Assembly (NCBI GenBank): GCA_038087875.1
Contig: CM075990.1
Coordinates: forward strand, 14,820,001 to 14,884,000
Direction of reading: 5' to 3'
DNA: 64,000 nt
Source of the DNA: Malacoraja senta
Lineage: Eukaryota
Shown piece by piece: positions 1 to 13,294 of this stretch (positions are counted from its first letter, which is position 1; each line of letters opens with the position of its first letter). The translations under genes were made by a program, and so were the position numbers. The notes beneath the pieces were generated by a model. It ran no database searches, had not been told where the DNA came from, and saw nothing but the letters and a program-made list of their open reading frames with translations.

Positions 1-999
1 ACTGTGTTCCAGTTGCTTGATTTAATTCACGATGATTAAATTATAAATGTAATGATGCACATTTGGAAACTGCATCATTAAGAAGCCACATCATTAAGAA
101 GCCATTTTCAACTGCAGTTATAAGCTTTCTTAATATTTAATGTCATGGAAGTGCTATTGGTTTTCCATATTTAAACTTCACATGATCATTTGCTGGGTAT
201 ACTGTGGCCAATGACTATGGGCACCTGTTTATATTTTATGTTATGTTATGTAACAGTCCATGAAAACCACGTGCCCTGCTACTGGTCTAAAAATGGGTTA
301 ATTGCATTTCTTAATGCAATGTACATCACTTTATAGGATTGAACTTGATAAAACTTCGAGAAGTGCAGGAACATGTTTCTCCCCAGAGCACATGGTTAAA
401 TGTCTTCAAAGCATGGGATAGGGTGTCATTTTCAAATTGTCTTTCAAAATACTGAGTTTAAGTGTTGCTGGACCACACCAAATCACAGATCTTTTTGTAG
501 ATGTGGCTTGTAAAATGTTGAGCTAAAATGTTGGAGTTGGCCTCTGTGAATGGCTTAACTCTGTTGCGTTTGTGTGTCCAACTGAGACTGTTGACAGCAG
601 CTAAACACTATGCCATTACAGTCCACTACATCAACTCCTCAATGTGTGAAATATATGAAATACTGCACTTTGAACTTTAGTTTTGGGGGAAAATAATGGA
701 AAACTTAAGTAGAATTAGCTAACATTTGGAGAACAATGGAGGGAGTGGTTTCAACAGTCACTGACTGGGAAGAGGTTCATTGTCAACAGGATGAAAATAT
801 AGCTGGTGATGTCTTCTCGAAAGCCTCTGCTCCTTCACTGCATCCTTTCATTAGTCGGCCAGGATGTCCATTGGTGCAGAACATTGCATTTCCGAGCTTT
901 GAAAATTGGAAAGAATTTGCATTGCTCAGTTGGAAGATCTAAGCAACCTTTCTCTTTCCAATATCATTAGAATTGTTAAATAGAAGCATTCAAAGAAGA

Positions 1000-1204
1000 T
1001 AAAACAAAGTGTTGGAGGATCTCACTGGGCCAGGCGACATATAAGGAGGAAAACGGACAGACGACATTTCAGGTCGGTGCACTCTAAAGAAAGGTCTCTA
1101 CCCAAAACACATCTGGCCATTCCTCTCCACAGATGTTGCCTGACTTGCTACGTTCCTTGCTACATTTGGTCAAGATTCCAGCATCTGCAGCACCTTGTGT
1201 CTCT
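1000..1204. mobile_element. Degenerate palindromic Penelope-derived short element
   Basis: Inverted then direct copy of the 3' segment of the Penelope element at 10191-10959 (..acagatgttgcctgacttgct..ccagcatctgcagca..). Confidence 0.65.
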
Positions 1205-2194
1205 ATTAAATTAACACGTTGATGAGGAGAACGTGTACTGTTTTATTTAGCGTCCCCATAAATGTTCACTCTGAAGGCAGGGAATATTAGCTTCAGTTTT
1301 TGAACTACAGTTCTAACTTGCATTTTGACGTAAGGTGAATGATCACGATGGGAAACGGTAGATCTTACTACACTGATCAGTGGTTATAATGATCATTTGA
1401 GAAAATGGGCAAGTCGATTATTAAAACTGAATTTGGAATCATGGAATAATTTACATGAGACCTTACGGATAATTACATTATATCATTACATTAAATCAAC
1501 TTGTGGAATTATAAGCGACACTAATAATAACATACACTTTTTGTATTACTGAGAATAATAAATGGTACTAAATTAAATTAAATCAAAATCTCACGCCGGA
1601 TAACTCTTCATGGTAATTTGATAAATAAGTGAATAAAATTATTATCCTTAACAGGAAGTCCAAATTGAAATTATCGTGCAAAATTATTTGAAACTATATG
1701 TGATTGCATATTTGGTGATACTGTTTTTCTGTTTTTTAAATCTTATGGAAGAGGAACAAATTACTAGTTGCAGTTTTAACTGCCATTATGCCTTATTAGC
1801 AAAACTTAGTGTCTTATCTTGAGGAAACTGGTGAGCATGGCTGGTGTGTATTGGTTTACTTATGTTCCATTGTGTGACAGTCTACACGTGAACAAACAAA
1901 ATTGATGCGCAGAAAACCTGCCCCATGCCATGATGATGTGAGCGACTGAATAAGTCACTTCATGCCTGCCTAGGCCAATCCAACGATCTCCTGTCAGATG
2001 CAAATAATCTCTGGAAAATTTGCGATTGAAGGGGGGAAAAAATGTTTGGCAAGATTTTCTATTATCTACCCATCTATCAAACAAATCCCCTCACCTGTGT
2101 CCACCTGCCACCTACCTCTATTTAATAATTCTAATCACTTGCCAGGTTTTGTCCCACCCCTACCACTCTTCCATTTTTCATCCCCATATTGCAA

Positions 2195-2325
2195 TTAGTA
2201 TGAAGAAGGGTCCTGTCCTGAAACGTTACCTATCCATGTCCTCCAGAGATGCTGCCTGACCCGGTGAGTTAACCAGCACTTTGTCTTTTTATTTTATAAA
2301 CCAGCATTTGATGTTTCTTGTGTCC
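2195..2325 (+). mobile_element. Penelope-like 3' end fragment
   Basis: tgaagaagggtcctgtcctgaaacgttacc..ccagagatgctgcctgacccggtgagtt matches the 3' terminus at 10830-10959. Confidence 0.7.
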
Positions 2326-3260
2326 TCTGTGCTTTTAGATGCATTTCAGCACAAAATATATGGAGGCTTTATTTTAACTTGGTCAGATTGAATGCTGCTT
2401 CAATAGAGAGCAAAAATAGCATTAAATAAACTTGGGAATTTGAGGCAGGCAGTGAAAGAGGTCTTTCTTTGCATCTCCATTAAATTTGATTCATGTTAGC
2501 TTCATGCAAAAATGACTTAAAATCTGTCTAGCACTTGGTGTGAGATGAGGTGTTTTATTTAAAATATAAGAAAGACTGAACAGTAGTCAAATATTGCATC
2601 GACTATGTCTCTTTTAATAGATTTACTGGTTTAAAAGAAAACAAACAGGATATCAAGCAAATAGCAGCCTTAACTAATGGACAACATCAATGGATATTTG
2701 ACAGGGTTGTTGGTGATGTGTTGTAGCAGCAATGTAGGAGTTATTAGAGTTTGGTGAGATCCCCAGCAACTACCATTACATTGGTATCTTTCTTTGGGAA
2801 CTGCAGTTCTGGTCTATTGAGCTCGAATGAGAGTTGTAGAAATTATGATGTGCTGATGAAGCAACCAAGAAACTTCAAGCTCTTATGCAGTCAAACCTCT
2901 TGGGTTATTTAAGAGTGAAATTTGGGGTAAAGGGCAGGGACAGGAGGGTATGGCCAAGAGCCTGACAGGTACGTGGAGCTAGAATGTGGTCTTTGAGGCC
3001 CCTCTGCACTGGTCCAAAGTTGCAGGATTCTTGCAGTTTCAGAGACCAGTTATCTCAGAGATGGGCATCCTGACCTCTGCATTATGAGAAATGGAGCCAT
3101 TGAACTGAGCATGGAGTCATTGAACTATGTAGAATAAAAAATTATTCTGGTTGGTGGCCAGTTCACATGGGAACAGATGCTTGGAGTTCTGAAGCCATCG
3201 TTGCCTCCCTGGTCCCAAGATTAAGGACATCTTAGGGTTGGAAAGGAGCCTATAAGGGGA

Positions 3261-3333
3261 AATATCACCCAAATCTTCTCTCCAGAGATGCTGTCTGTCC
3301 TGTTGAGCTACTCCAGCATGTTGTGTCCATCTT
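3261..3333 (+). mobile_element. Short Penelope 3' fragment with TSD
   Basis: Flanked by ctataagggga (3250-3260) and ctacaagggga (3334-3344). Confidence 0.6.
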
Positions 3334-3376
3334 CTACAAGGGGAGAGGCTAGCCAGTTGTCATGGTTGACATGGTT

Positions 3377-3916
3377 CCTAATCTGAGGAAAGACATTCTT
3401 GCCATAGAGGGAGTACAGAGAAGGTTCACTAGACTGATTCCTGGGATGGCAGGACTTTCATATGAAGAAAGACTGGATAGACTCGGCTTGTACTCGCTAG
3501 AATTTAGAAGATTGAGGGGGGATCTTATAGAAACTTACAAAAGTCTTAAGGGGTTGGACAGGCTCGATGCAGGAAGATTATTCCCGATGTTGGGGAAGTC
3601 CAGAACTAGGGGTCACAGTTTAAGGATAAGAGGGAAGTCTTTTAGGACCGAGATGAGAAAATCATTTTTTACACAGAGAGTGGTGAATCTGTGGAATTCT
3701 CTGCCACAGAAGGTAGTTGAGGCCAGTTCATTGGCTATATTTAAGAGGGAGTTAGATGTGGCCCTTGTGGCTAAAGGGATCAGGGGGTATGGAGAGAAGG
3801 CAGGGATGGGATACTGAGTTGGATGATCAGCCATGATCATATCGAATGGTGGTGCAGGCTTGAAGGGCCGAATGGCCTCCTCCTGCACCTATTTTCTATG
3901 TTTCTATGTTTCTATG
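3377..3916 (+). mobile_element. 5'-truncated CR1 LINE (ORF2 C-terminus, 3' UTR, TTTCTATG tail)
   Basis: ORF 3362-3817 has EGVQRRFTRLIPGM..LGLYSLEFRRLRGDLIE..TRGH..FFTQRVVNLWNSLP; 8-mer tandem tail; near-identical to 14478-14897. Confidence 0.95.
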
Positions 3917-6094
3917 AGAACCAACAACCTAGTTGAACTAAATGTTTCCGGGGCAGTATGAGGAACAAGGGTCTAAATTAACAAAGCAAGACAATAATCT
4001 CTGGTTAATATCTAGGCCATACTCAATACACAAGGGGTTAGAGAGTTGAGTATGTGGATTAAAGAGGGGGAGGAGAGGGGTTTCAGTTTATAATTGTTGA
4101 CACAATATTGGGGATAGAGAGAGCTGCTCCTTTGGGAAAGACTTCAGTTGAATCACGATTGGACGATTGTCCGAACAAATTGTCCGACCATTGTCCGAAT
4201 AACCAAGGGTGTAGATTTCAAGGGCATTGTGACAGGATCAGATTCATTAGAACTTCAACTCCCTGCTTCAACGTCCTGCAACCTCTTCTTCAAAGGCATT
4301 CAAACCTCACCTGTTAACTTACATTCAATTCACGTTATTCCAAATGCTACGTGTGTTAATTTTATCCTTTTGATAATCTTTTTTTGTTTCTTTCCTTTAT
4401 TTGCTGCCCATTTCACTAACTACTTTAACGTCATTCAACATGGTCACAGTTAGGAAAGATCTTTAAACTTATACCATTATGGCAAGCAAGCAGAGAAATA
4501 GAGTGCAGACCATCATCTTATTGCAATGCTTACTCCTGGTCTTGCATTCTTATCCTAAGTGGTTCTTTGACCGTGTGTAGGATTTTAAAACATTCTTCAG
4601 GTTTCTCTGCTTCAACTTATAACAACTGCGGTTACTTTGTAACATTGCAACGTATATTCATTTGAAAGACAAAGCCACAAGATTTATTGGTCGTTTGTTG
4701 TACAGAGTACCAAGCATCCTGTATGAATACCAAAATTAATTGAATATTATTTTGCTACCTATGCAGGATGTGTTCATGTTTAATACATGGGCCACATTGT
4801 TACTACCATTTGATCATGGACTTGAAGAATATGGATTATTTTGAGTATCTTGATTTCTCTCCAGAATATTAAACATTCAATATTAGCTTTGTGGCTGCAC
4901 ACATAAAAAAAGAGTTCATAAATTCAATATATTTTGCATATTTTTAATTCCTTGTATGTATAAAGAGATTATTTAGGCAACTAAATTAGCTCTATTGATA
5001 TCCCCTCTGCAGCAGCACTGATGAATGCTATGTATCATTGTTCTCCGTTGAGTAGGTGTGGAGGTGACGGGTCTTCCCAATAACCCACAAAAGGAAGATG
5101 TGCACCAGGCTGAAGTGAGAGACGTGCATGCACAAGCACGACTCTTCATGATAAACGAATGCACTCTTCAAAACGCTGTCAGGTATAAATTCTTGCAGAA
5201 GCACCTGTGCTCACTGAAATCTTGCAAAAATAAAGGAACTTTTTGAAGTGAATTTTGTGGTTTCCCTTGTCAAATACCAGGGTAAAGTGATAACCTGCAG
5301 GGTAGCAGCAAACTGCAACTTTAAGCAGGTAATGAAAATCTGACTTGCAACATAGTATATTTGATTTTGAAGAGTTGAGATCTCTATTTAGTGGGAGAGA
5401 CACACAAGTGGTGTGTTCAGTGCCCACAGAACCTATGGGCACAGAACCTGGTCGAAGGAGATCTCGTCAGTGAGATCTCCTTGGACCAGGACCCAGATAT
5501 TGGTATATACAGAGTATATACCAATTGTTCAAACTGTTACATGTGAAATCATTAATGTATTTTACACCTCAAAGGTGTAGTTACATTATATTGTAGTCTG
5601 TTTGGTTTCTGGCCACTATAGCATGCATCATCAGTTGGGGAAATCCAGCTTTCTAACAGTGAAGCTAGCATTCAATCCTCAATCAAGGCATTTTTTGACA
5701 GAAAGGTTGATTCTTTGAACTGTTATGTGCCGGGGATTCAAATGTTATCCAGAAAGCGTCAATGATACCCCTAGCCAAAGCTAATGCTATTCTCGCTGCA
5801 CCAAGTTCTGGGGAGATGTACCTACAGAAACAAATAAAATGTGAATATGGTAGTGTAGATCTTGCATTGCTGGACTGGTTACTCAGAGAAAGAGAGTTCA
5901 ATAGCCATCAGACCAGGTTAAGAGTTTGAATCAACTATATTAACAAATTGGGAAATATGAACCAAGCCATGTCAATTGCAAAACCCCATTGATGTCCAGC
6001 AGAACGGAAGATTCATACACAATAATTTATACAATGACATTTACGACCTTGAGCTGTCCCGAAATGGGTCACCTGCTATGTTCCACTTTTAAGG

Positions 6095-6352
6095 TCTAGT
6101 CATTGTTGTAAATTAGGAAGCAAGACAACTCATTTGTACACAATAAGTTCTGCCAGAAGCATTAACATAAGTATGTAATTAAAATGATTTGTTTCTAAAT
6201 ATTGGTTGAAAGATAAATGTAATCAGGCACCAAGAAAACTGCTTAATCTTCTGTGAAAGATGTCAAGGAATCATTAATATCAATTGGGGAGGCTGGATTA
6301 TGCAATGATTTAGCATTTTATTTCGGAAGATGCATCTCTGGTGCTTCACACT
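6095..6352 (-). mobile_element. Ancient Deu-domain SINE remnant (SacSINE1/AmnSINE-like)
   Basis: Degenerate match to the Deu-SINE reverse strand as I recall it (tagtcattgttgtaa..ttggttgaaagataaat..tcttctgtgaaa..tcggaagatgcatctc). Confidence 0.5.
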
Positions 6353-6598
6353 AAAATATTTTAGAAAGGACTCTTGCTGTCATCTTGTGGTCTGTTGAGT
6401 TGTGGAGGTAGCTTCAATATGATTGAATCTTCCATTAGAAAGTGTATTGTAAGCCATGCAGGTGTATCGATCATTAAAGATTACGTTGTCCAAGAAGAAA
6501 CTCCGCCACTTTCCAAGAAAACAATGTAAAATAAATGAACTTGCGAGTGGTTTTTGAAAAGGCAAAGTTAATTAAAACAAATATATTCTAATGAAAAA

Positions 6599-6812
6599 AA
6601 GACACAAAGTACGGGAGAAACTTAGCAGATGAGGCAGGATCTCTACAGAACATGAATAGGTGACGTTTTGAATCTGGACCCTTCTTCAGTCTGAAGAAGA
6701 GTCTCGACCCGACATGTCACCCGGCCATGTTCTCCAGAGAAGCAGCCTGACCTGTTGAGTTACTCCAACCACTTTGTGTCTAATTTTGTAAACGAGCGTG
6801 TGCAGTTCCTTC
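6599..6812. mobile_element. Palindromic (head-to-head) Penelope-derived element
   Basis: Arms gacacaaagt../..actttgtgtc meet at the centre cttcttcagtctgaagaag (~6681-6699). Confidence 0.85.
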
Positions 6813-7710
6813 TGCCACTATTTTAATGAACTTTGGAGAAAAGAAACAAGTATTATTGACATGAAAGTATAAAACTTCCCCCTTTCTTTGGAATTACAGA
6901 AAGCAAAAAAAATCTCACCATTTACTTTGATTCTGGTTGTAAATCAGGAATAGTAATAGATCCATACATGCAAAATGAATATGCACAATGATGTGCTCAG
7001 TATCTGCATATTAACTATTCCATCAGCTGTTTCATTGTGTAATATGTTGATAGATTCCAGCATTTGAATGAAGGTCTGTTTTAAACTGTCTGATCGGTTG
7101 GAAACAAACATAAAATGCTATTAGTAAGGAAAGATAAATCTGAGGTTGAAGGCACCATCTGTTAGGCCGGTGCATTGATTGCAAATGGAGATTCGATCTC
7201 GCTAAATTTATATAAACAATAAACTGTCGGAAGATCTCGGTTTCTGAGAAGGCAACAGGATGGTTGACATTTCAAATCAAGACCCTGTATCAGGGATGAG
7301 AGTGAAGGGGGAAACGAGAGAGTGTACAGGGGTGAGAGAGAGGGGTGAAACTTGAGTCTTCAATAGATCCTTGGGACTTGAGCTAATCATTTTATACTAC
7401 CCTTCAGGTTTGGAGCTACTTTTTATGGTAACATTCACAGTTAAAGCCGCTTGTTTTTAGTTTCCGTAGCTGGATCTTTCGCTGCTTTTCCAAGGTCGAT
7501 GGTGATTGTTGATTTTAGCTGCTACTGCTGTGTGTGGATGTTCCTCAGATCACCACTCTCTGCTGAACATACGTTTTCCTTGTGACTGACTAGATCAACT
7601 CCTCTGTCTGCAGCTGCCTGCCTTCAACAGCTGCGATTGCCAATATCTCCCACGCTTCATCTTCTCCGCACACTCCTGTACCTGCGTCATCGGTCGACTG
7701 ATAGGTTATC

Positions 7711-7823
7711 AAGGTCCCCTACAACCCTCGCCAACTTCTACAGATGCACCATAGAAAACATTTTTATCAGGATGCATCGCAGCTTGGTTTGGGAACAGCT
7801 CCATCCAGGACCGCAAGAAACTG
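7711..7823 (+). mobile_element. Rex1/Babar LINE internal fragment
   Basis: Encodes LANFYRCTIE, homologous to [10 protein letters not shown] in ORF 15978-17174. Confidence 0.75.
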
Positions 7824-8999
7824 ATGTTACACTAAATGTAGGATGTGGCGGCATTAGAAAGAGTTCAGAAAAGAAACTATTAGATCAGATTAATAACAAC
7901 AGCAAACATTTGTTGTCTTGTGGATTATATTCTGCAAGGAATTGCACACTGTCAACATTTCATGTACAATAATAGTGTTGTGTTCTAAGTCTTATAATGA
8001 CACATGGTGCCTGTGGCAGCATTGCACAAACATAAGGGATTGTGTCCATAATGTGAAAATAGATAAAATTCTTTGTTTTCTCTTGCTCATACTGTCATGT
8101 ACAGATGACAGGTGAGGATAGGGATATGCAGGTTACTTCCGACTTTTCAAACTACTTATGTTTCTACCTAGCATTGGTCCAGTGTGATGTAAAAAATAAC
8201 CTGCAGCAAATGCTCATCAGGCCAGGCGGTATCTGTGAAGGAAGAGTGGGTGCTGACATTTCAGGTCAATGCGCTTTCACCAGATGGTGATGGAGAAACC
8301 TGCAAGTTATGATTCTGAGCTCTGGGAGGGATGGGAGGACAGGGAGAACCTGTGATGAGATTGGGGATATGGTGGTGTCAGGGTAATGGAAATGTGATCT
8401 GAGATCAAGCCTCTGGTCTGGATGAGGTGAGGAAGGAGATGGTTGGGCTGTGTTGAATTGTTAATAGTGGATGTGGGAGATTAGTGGGTGAACACATGGG
8501 ATTTGCTGTTAGGGTTAGGATCAAGAGGTTGAGTTTAACAGAAAAACTGCTGCAGATGAGGAGTGATGCTCTCAAGTGGAAATCATCAAGTGTGGAGGAG
8601 GGAAATAGTTTGACAAATTTAGAGTCTGCAGTGCTTGGGTTGGGTTGGATGGTGGAAGTGACATGAGCAATTGTGCTTCATAGAATGATATCAGAGATTG
8701 GTGAAATGCTATGGGATGGTGGAGGTGGATGAAATGTAAGTCAGGGACAGGCATGGCAGTGAACCCAATCCATTGGTGCCCTGGGTAGCCTTTATGATTC
8801 CGTGTGATCAATGAATGGAACAATGAATCAATGGTTGCCTAGGCAGCAGCACTGCACAGTGTTCCTCATCCTCCCCATGTCTCACGAGGGGGAAATTACA
8901 ACAGTGGTACAAAAGTGATTCATGCCCAACACAACCAAAGATGGAATAGAATGTTGCGAAGTGTGGAGCCATGCATATTGACAGTTGGAATAACGGCGT

Positions 9000-9730
9000 A
9001 GGCTATGTTATAAGTGGGGAGAGAATTCAGTAATCAGTGGTGCAAAGGTCTTGGGAGTGCTGGTGCAGGATTCCCAAAAAGTTAATTTGCAAGTTAATTT
9101 GGTAGTAAGGAAGGCAAATGCAATGCTAGAATTTGTTTCGTGAGGGCTACAATACAAAAACAGGGGTGTAATGATGAGGTTTTATAAGACATTGGTCAGA
9201 CTGTATTTGGAGTATTGTGAGCAGTTTTGGGCCCCATATCTGAGGAAGGATGTGGTAGCATTGGAGAGGGTCCAGAGGAGGTTCAGGGGAAGATCCCAGG
9301 AATGATTGGGTTAACATAAAACAAGCGTTTGAAGGCACTGGGCTTGTACTTGCTGGAGTTTAGAAGGATGAGGGGGGACCGCATTGGAACTTACCAAATA
9401 TTGAAAGGCTAGGATAGTGTGGATGTGGAGAGGATGTTTCCACTTGTGGGAGAGTCTCGGACCAGAGGCCATAGCTTCAAAATAAAAATACATACCTTTA
9501 GAAAGGAGATGAGAAGGGATTTATTTAGTCAAGGCTGGTGAATCTGTGGAATTCATTGCCACAGATGGCCATGGAGGCCAAGACATTGGGTATTTACAAG
9601 ATGGAGATTGACAGATTCTTGGGGAGAAGGCAGGAGAATGGGGTTCAGAGGGAAAGATAGATCAGTCATGATTGAATGGTGGAGTAGACATGATGTGCCG
9701 AATGGCCTACTTCTGCTTCTATGATTTATG
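9000..9730 (+). mobile_element. Degenerate 5'-truncated CR1 LINE
   Basis: KANAML, LEYCEQFWAPYLRKD, LGLYLLEFRRMRGD motifs with stops and frameshifts; CR1 3' UTR gaatggcctacttctgcttctatg. Confidence 0.9.
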
Positions 9731-10190
9731 AACATGTAATGAATGATAGGCCACATAAATAGTTAGTGACTCTCTGCCTTAAGGGAAAACAACTGAGGGA
9801 GTTCACCTTGAGTCTCTGGCATTATTTAAAATACATAATCAAAAACTTTCCCAGTGATACTGTTGTTTGATGTGCTCAAATTGCTTTGCATAAATTGGTT
9901 ACTATATTACCCTGTATTATAATTCATCAAAATAGTTGTTTTAATAATCTGCATAGAAATGAAAAATCTGGCTTAGCATTTTCTTCTGCTTGATTGCCTT
10001 GCTCTATTCATTTATTTGTTCTGATTAACTTATTTGTCAAATGCATTTCACTTTTCTTTCTTGACCAGCCCATCAATTATTGAGAATCTTAGATTTTTTT
10101 ATTGCATGGTAATGAAGTATTTTGAAGCCATTTTCTATGCAAATTTGCGACAAAAGCTCAAGGGATTTCATATGAGCAGGTAAAATATTA

Positions 10191-10959
10191 TCCAACGGGA
10201 TCCCACTACTGGCCACATCTTCCCATCTCCACCCCTTTCTGCTTTCCGCAGAGACCGTTCCCTCCACAACTCCCTGGTCAACTCGTCCCTTCCCACCCAA
10301 ACTACCCCCTCCCCAGGTACTTTCCCTTTCAACCGCAGAAGATGCAACACCTGTCCCTTTACCTCCTCCCTTGACTCCACCCGACTGTCTATTCAGGTGA
10401 GGCAGAGGTTCACTTGCACCTCCTCCAACCTCACCTACTGTATCCGCTGTTCCAGGTGTCAACTTCTCTACATCGGCGAGACCAAGCGCAGGCTCGTCGA
10501 TCATTTCGCTGAACACTTCCGCTCAGTCCGCCTTAACCTACCTGATCTCCCGGTTGCTCAGCACTTTAACTCCCCCACCCATTCCCAATCTGACCTTTCT
10601 GTCCTGGGCTTCTCCATTGTCAGAGTGAGGCCCAGTGCAAATTGGAGGAACAGCACCTCATATTTTGCTTGGGTATCTTACACCCCAGCGGTATGAACAT
10701 TGACTTCTCTAACTTCAAATAGCCCTTGCTTTCCCCCTCTCTCCATCTCCTTCCCCTTCCCAGTTCTCCCACCAGTCTTACTGTCTCCGACTACATTCTA
10801 TCTCTGGTCCCGCCCACTCCCCTGACATCAGTCTGAAGAAGGGTCTCGACTCAAGTCACCCATTCCATCTCTCCAGAGATGCTGCCTGTCCCGCTGAGTT
10901 ACTCCAGCATTTTGTGTCTACCTTCAATTTAAACCAGCATCTGCAGTTCTTTCCTACAC
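10191..10959 (+). mobile_element. 5'-truncated Penelope-like element (GIY-YIG endonuclease region and 3' terminal segment)
   Basis: GIY-YIG coding segment, pyrimidine-rich 3' UTR, hammerhead-like motif at ~10833; 9-bp TSD aaaatatta (10182-10190, 10960-10968). Confidence 0.93.
10397..10696 (+). pseudogene. Penelope GIY-YIG endonuclease fragment (frameshifted)
   Basis: FTCTSSNLTYCIRCSRCQLLYIGETKRRL..FAEH..VAQHFN has the PLE GIY-YIG pattern with CxxC insert; the frame shifts after SVLG. Confidence 0.9.
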
Positions 10960-11792
10960 AAAATATTACACTATATGTTTTAAGCACATTGAGTTATCAT
11001 GGGTGTAATTATCACATCCGCAGATAATTTCTGATGGCACTGTCATTCTTAAAACTAACACTAGGATCTCACCTCAGTGTTTTCCTGGGTTCCCCATTGA
11101 GAACTAAAGCATTTTGCCACAAAGGCTTTCTCCTCTGAATACTTTGACTCCCTTTCTTACTCTGATCTGTTAAACAAAGTTGATGTACAAATTCCCTTTT
11201 AAGAGACAGAATGATCATTCGCCTGACAATGATGTCTGACATGATGGCACTTAGCTGTTCTTATTCCCTTCTCAACTGGATAAGTGATTGCACGCAGCCA
11301 AAATTTGTCAGCCTCTTCAGAGTTCGAAATGTTGATGCACTCTTTGTGATGGTCCTGATTTGTGCCAAATTCACTCAGCTGCACTTAATGCAACAATTGA
11401 TTTGGAATGTGAAAACTTGCATTTTATAATTTGCCAAGACATGATGTGGATTTCAAAAATCTAATTGCACTGCGAAGGTATATTTTAATCAACCCTTCAG
11501 ATATTTTATTTGAAAAGGGTAAATATAAAACTATATTAGAATCCATCAACCAAGATTACAGACAATGCTTCTGATCTATGCTTTTGCTTCTACATGAGCA
11601 TTAAATGCTCAGCCCCTTATTATGAAACTTGATACAATATGCCGACTTTAAAGCTGAAATTTAAGGATAAAATGATTGATGGTACATGGCAGTGTTTGGT
11701 CTCGATTCTGACTTCTGGTGCTGTCTATGTGGAGTTTGCACATTATCCCTGTGGCTGTATGACTTTTTACCAGGTTAGAGCATAGAACTGTA

Positions 11793-12083
11793 CATGGTGG
11801 CGTAGCGGCAGAGGCCTGGGGTTTGATCATGACTGCGGGTGCCTGTCTGTGCGGAGATTGTACATTCTCCCCATGACCTGTGTGGGTTTTCCCTGATATC
11901 TTTGGTTTCCTCCCACACTCCAAAGACATAAAGGTTTGTAGGTTAATTGGCTTGGTATCAATGTAAAATTGTCCCGAATGTGTGTAGTGTTAATGTGCGG
12001 GGATCCCTGGTCGGCGCGGACACGGTGGGCTGAAGAGCCTGTTTCCACATTGTACCTCTAAACGTATCTAAACTAAACTAAAC
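11793..12083 (+). mobile_element. tRNA-derived V-domain SINE (HE1-like)
   Basis: tggcgtagcgg A-box-like head, V-core ttctccccatgacctgtgtgggtttt..ttcctcccacactccaaagac, LINE-like tail ending in ctaaa repeats. Confidence 0.85.
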
Positions 12084-12299
12084 CCAGGAACAGGCCCATT
12101 GGCCCATACCAGTCAAATTAATCTCAATTGGCATGTGCTCCATAATACCTTAATTCCCTGCATATCCATGTGCCTATCTAAACAGGTTGTTCCTTTTTCC
12201 TCTCACATTCCCAAAACATGCAGTGACTTTGTAGTTATTAATTACCCCTTTGTCTTGGTGGGTGGCAGGAGGATCAAGGGTATTAATGAGTATGGGATT

Positions 12300-12632
12300 T
12301 AGGTTTTGGTGTATTATTGTCATGTGTGCCAATATAGAGAGATATGCTTTATTTAGTCACAAATACAATCAACTCAACCTCACATACAATAGGTAGAGCA
12401 AAGGAGAATATCCTAAAGGCAGAATATAGTTCTCAGCATTGTCACGCACTTGTTCTATAGACCGAGTCCAAAGTCCACAATGGGGTAGAGAAGAAATAAA
12501 CAGTCCCCTAAATTGTGGAAAGATCGTTTCGAAGTCTGATAACATGGAGGAAGAAGCTGTCCCTGAGTTTGGTGGTAATGTCAGACAGGAGCAGGGAGAA
12601 GAAGGAATGACTGAGACGTGACCAGTCTTTGG
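12300..12632 (-). mobile_element. Degenerate Rex1-like 3' end
   Basis: Reverse-strand match to the Rex1-type 3' end family; similar to 14025-14335 and 37980-38340. Confidence 0.6.
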
Positions 12633-13294
12633 CTGCAACCTATATTGCACTGAAATTATAGAAAAGGTTCAGTGTGATAAGTGGGTGAATTTGGTTGTTG
12701 ACATTGCTCTGAGCGCTGACATAGATTCAATGGGCTAAATTGTCACCTCTGTTGTAAAGAAATAGGGAATATAAATATGAAATATAGCACTATATCTCCT
12801 CAGATTAACTAAGCGCAGTATGATATCCACAAAACAGTGATATCAGTTTCCTCCTGATTACTGGATATCGGTTTATGTTACATTCATGCTCATAATGAAA
12901 CCAGAACATATTTTCATTCAACTTGTTTTAAAAGCTCAGTAAAAGATTCTTGAATTGGTATTAACTAAGTGAAATATCATGGATGGGTTTTTAAAATACA
13001 ATTAAAGTACATTAGTTCATGTTGCTTTCCATGGCACTGTTTCCTGCTTGGTTGATCAAATAAACATCAGTGGGCTTGTGTGATGATGAAAGCTAACAAA
13101 ATGTCGGGCAGTCTTCAGAGAAGTGTGAGTGGAGATAATTATTATCAACATCATAATGTGGCACTAATGTAACATTGATGTGCTATAGAACATTATATTT
13201 CTTAGATTATTTGCAATGTAGTGAAGTTGTCTTTTGACATGACAGAACCAGAACAAGTATAAGATGATTAAAGAGCATCAGGATGGATTTTGGA

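Larger units (their letters stand above)
2900..4150 (+). mobile_element. Old CR1 LINE ORF1 (SGNH esterase-like) remnant, interrupted by two younger insertions
   Basis: Degenerate motifs resembling CLPGA.I.DI (~3202-3230), PVVMV..G/TN (split at ~3355/3920), IISGL (~3993) and W...GF.F..YWG (~4050-4112). Boundaries approximate. Confidence 0.55.

Noticed and set aside
73..104. 16-bp tandem duplication catcattaagaagcca; also an 18-bp duplication at 53265-53300
   Set aside because: Ordinary two-copy slippage duplications with no spacers; not CRISPR-like.
3613..3888. Antisense ORFs over CR1, Rex1 and PLE copies (also 14592-14819, 54405-54803, 10073-10516)
   Set aside because: Shadow frames of retroelement sequence.
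5056..5182. Possible coding exon (AG..GT, open frame VEVTGLPNNPQKEDVH..)
   Set aside because: Weak polypyrimidine tract, no recognisable protein similarity and no partner exons; cannot be supported without RNA-seq.
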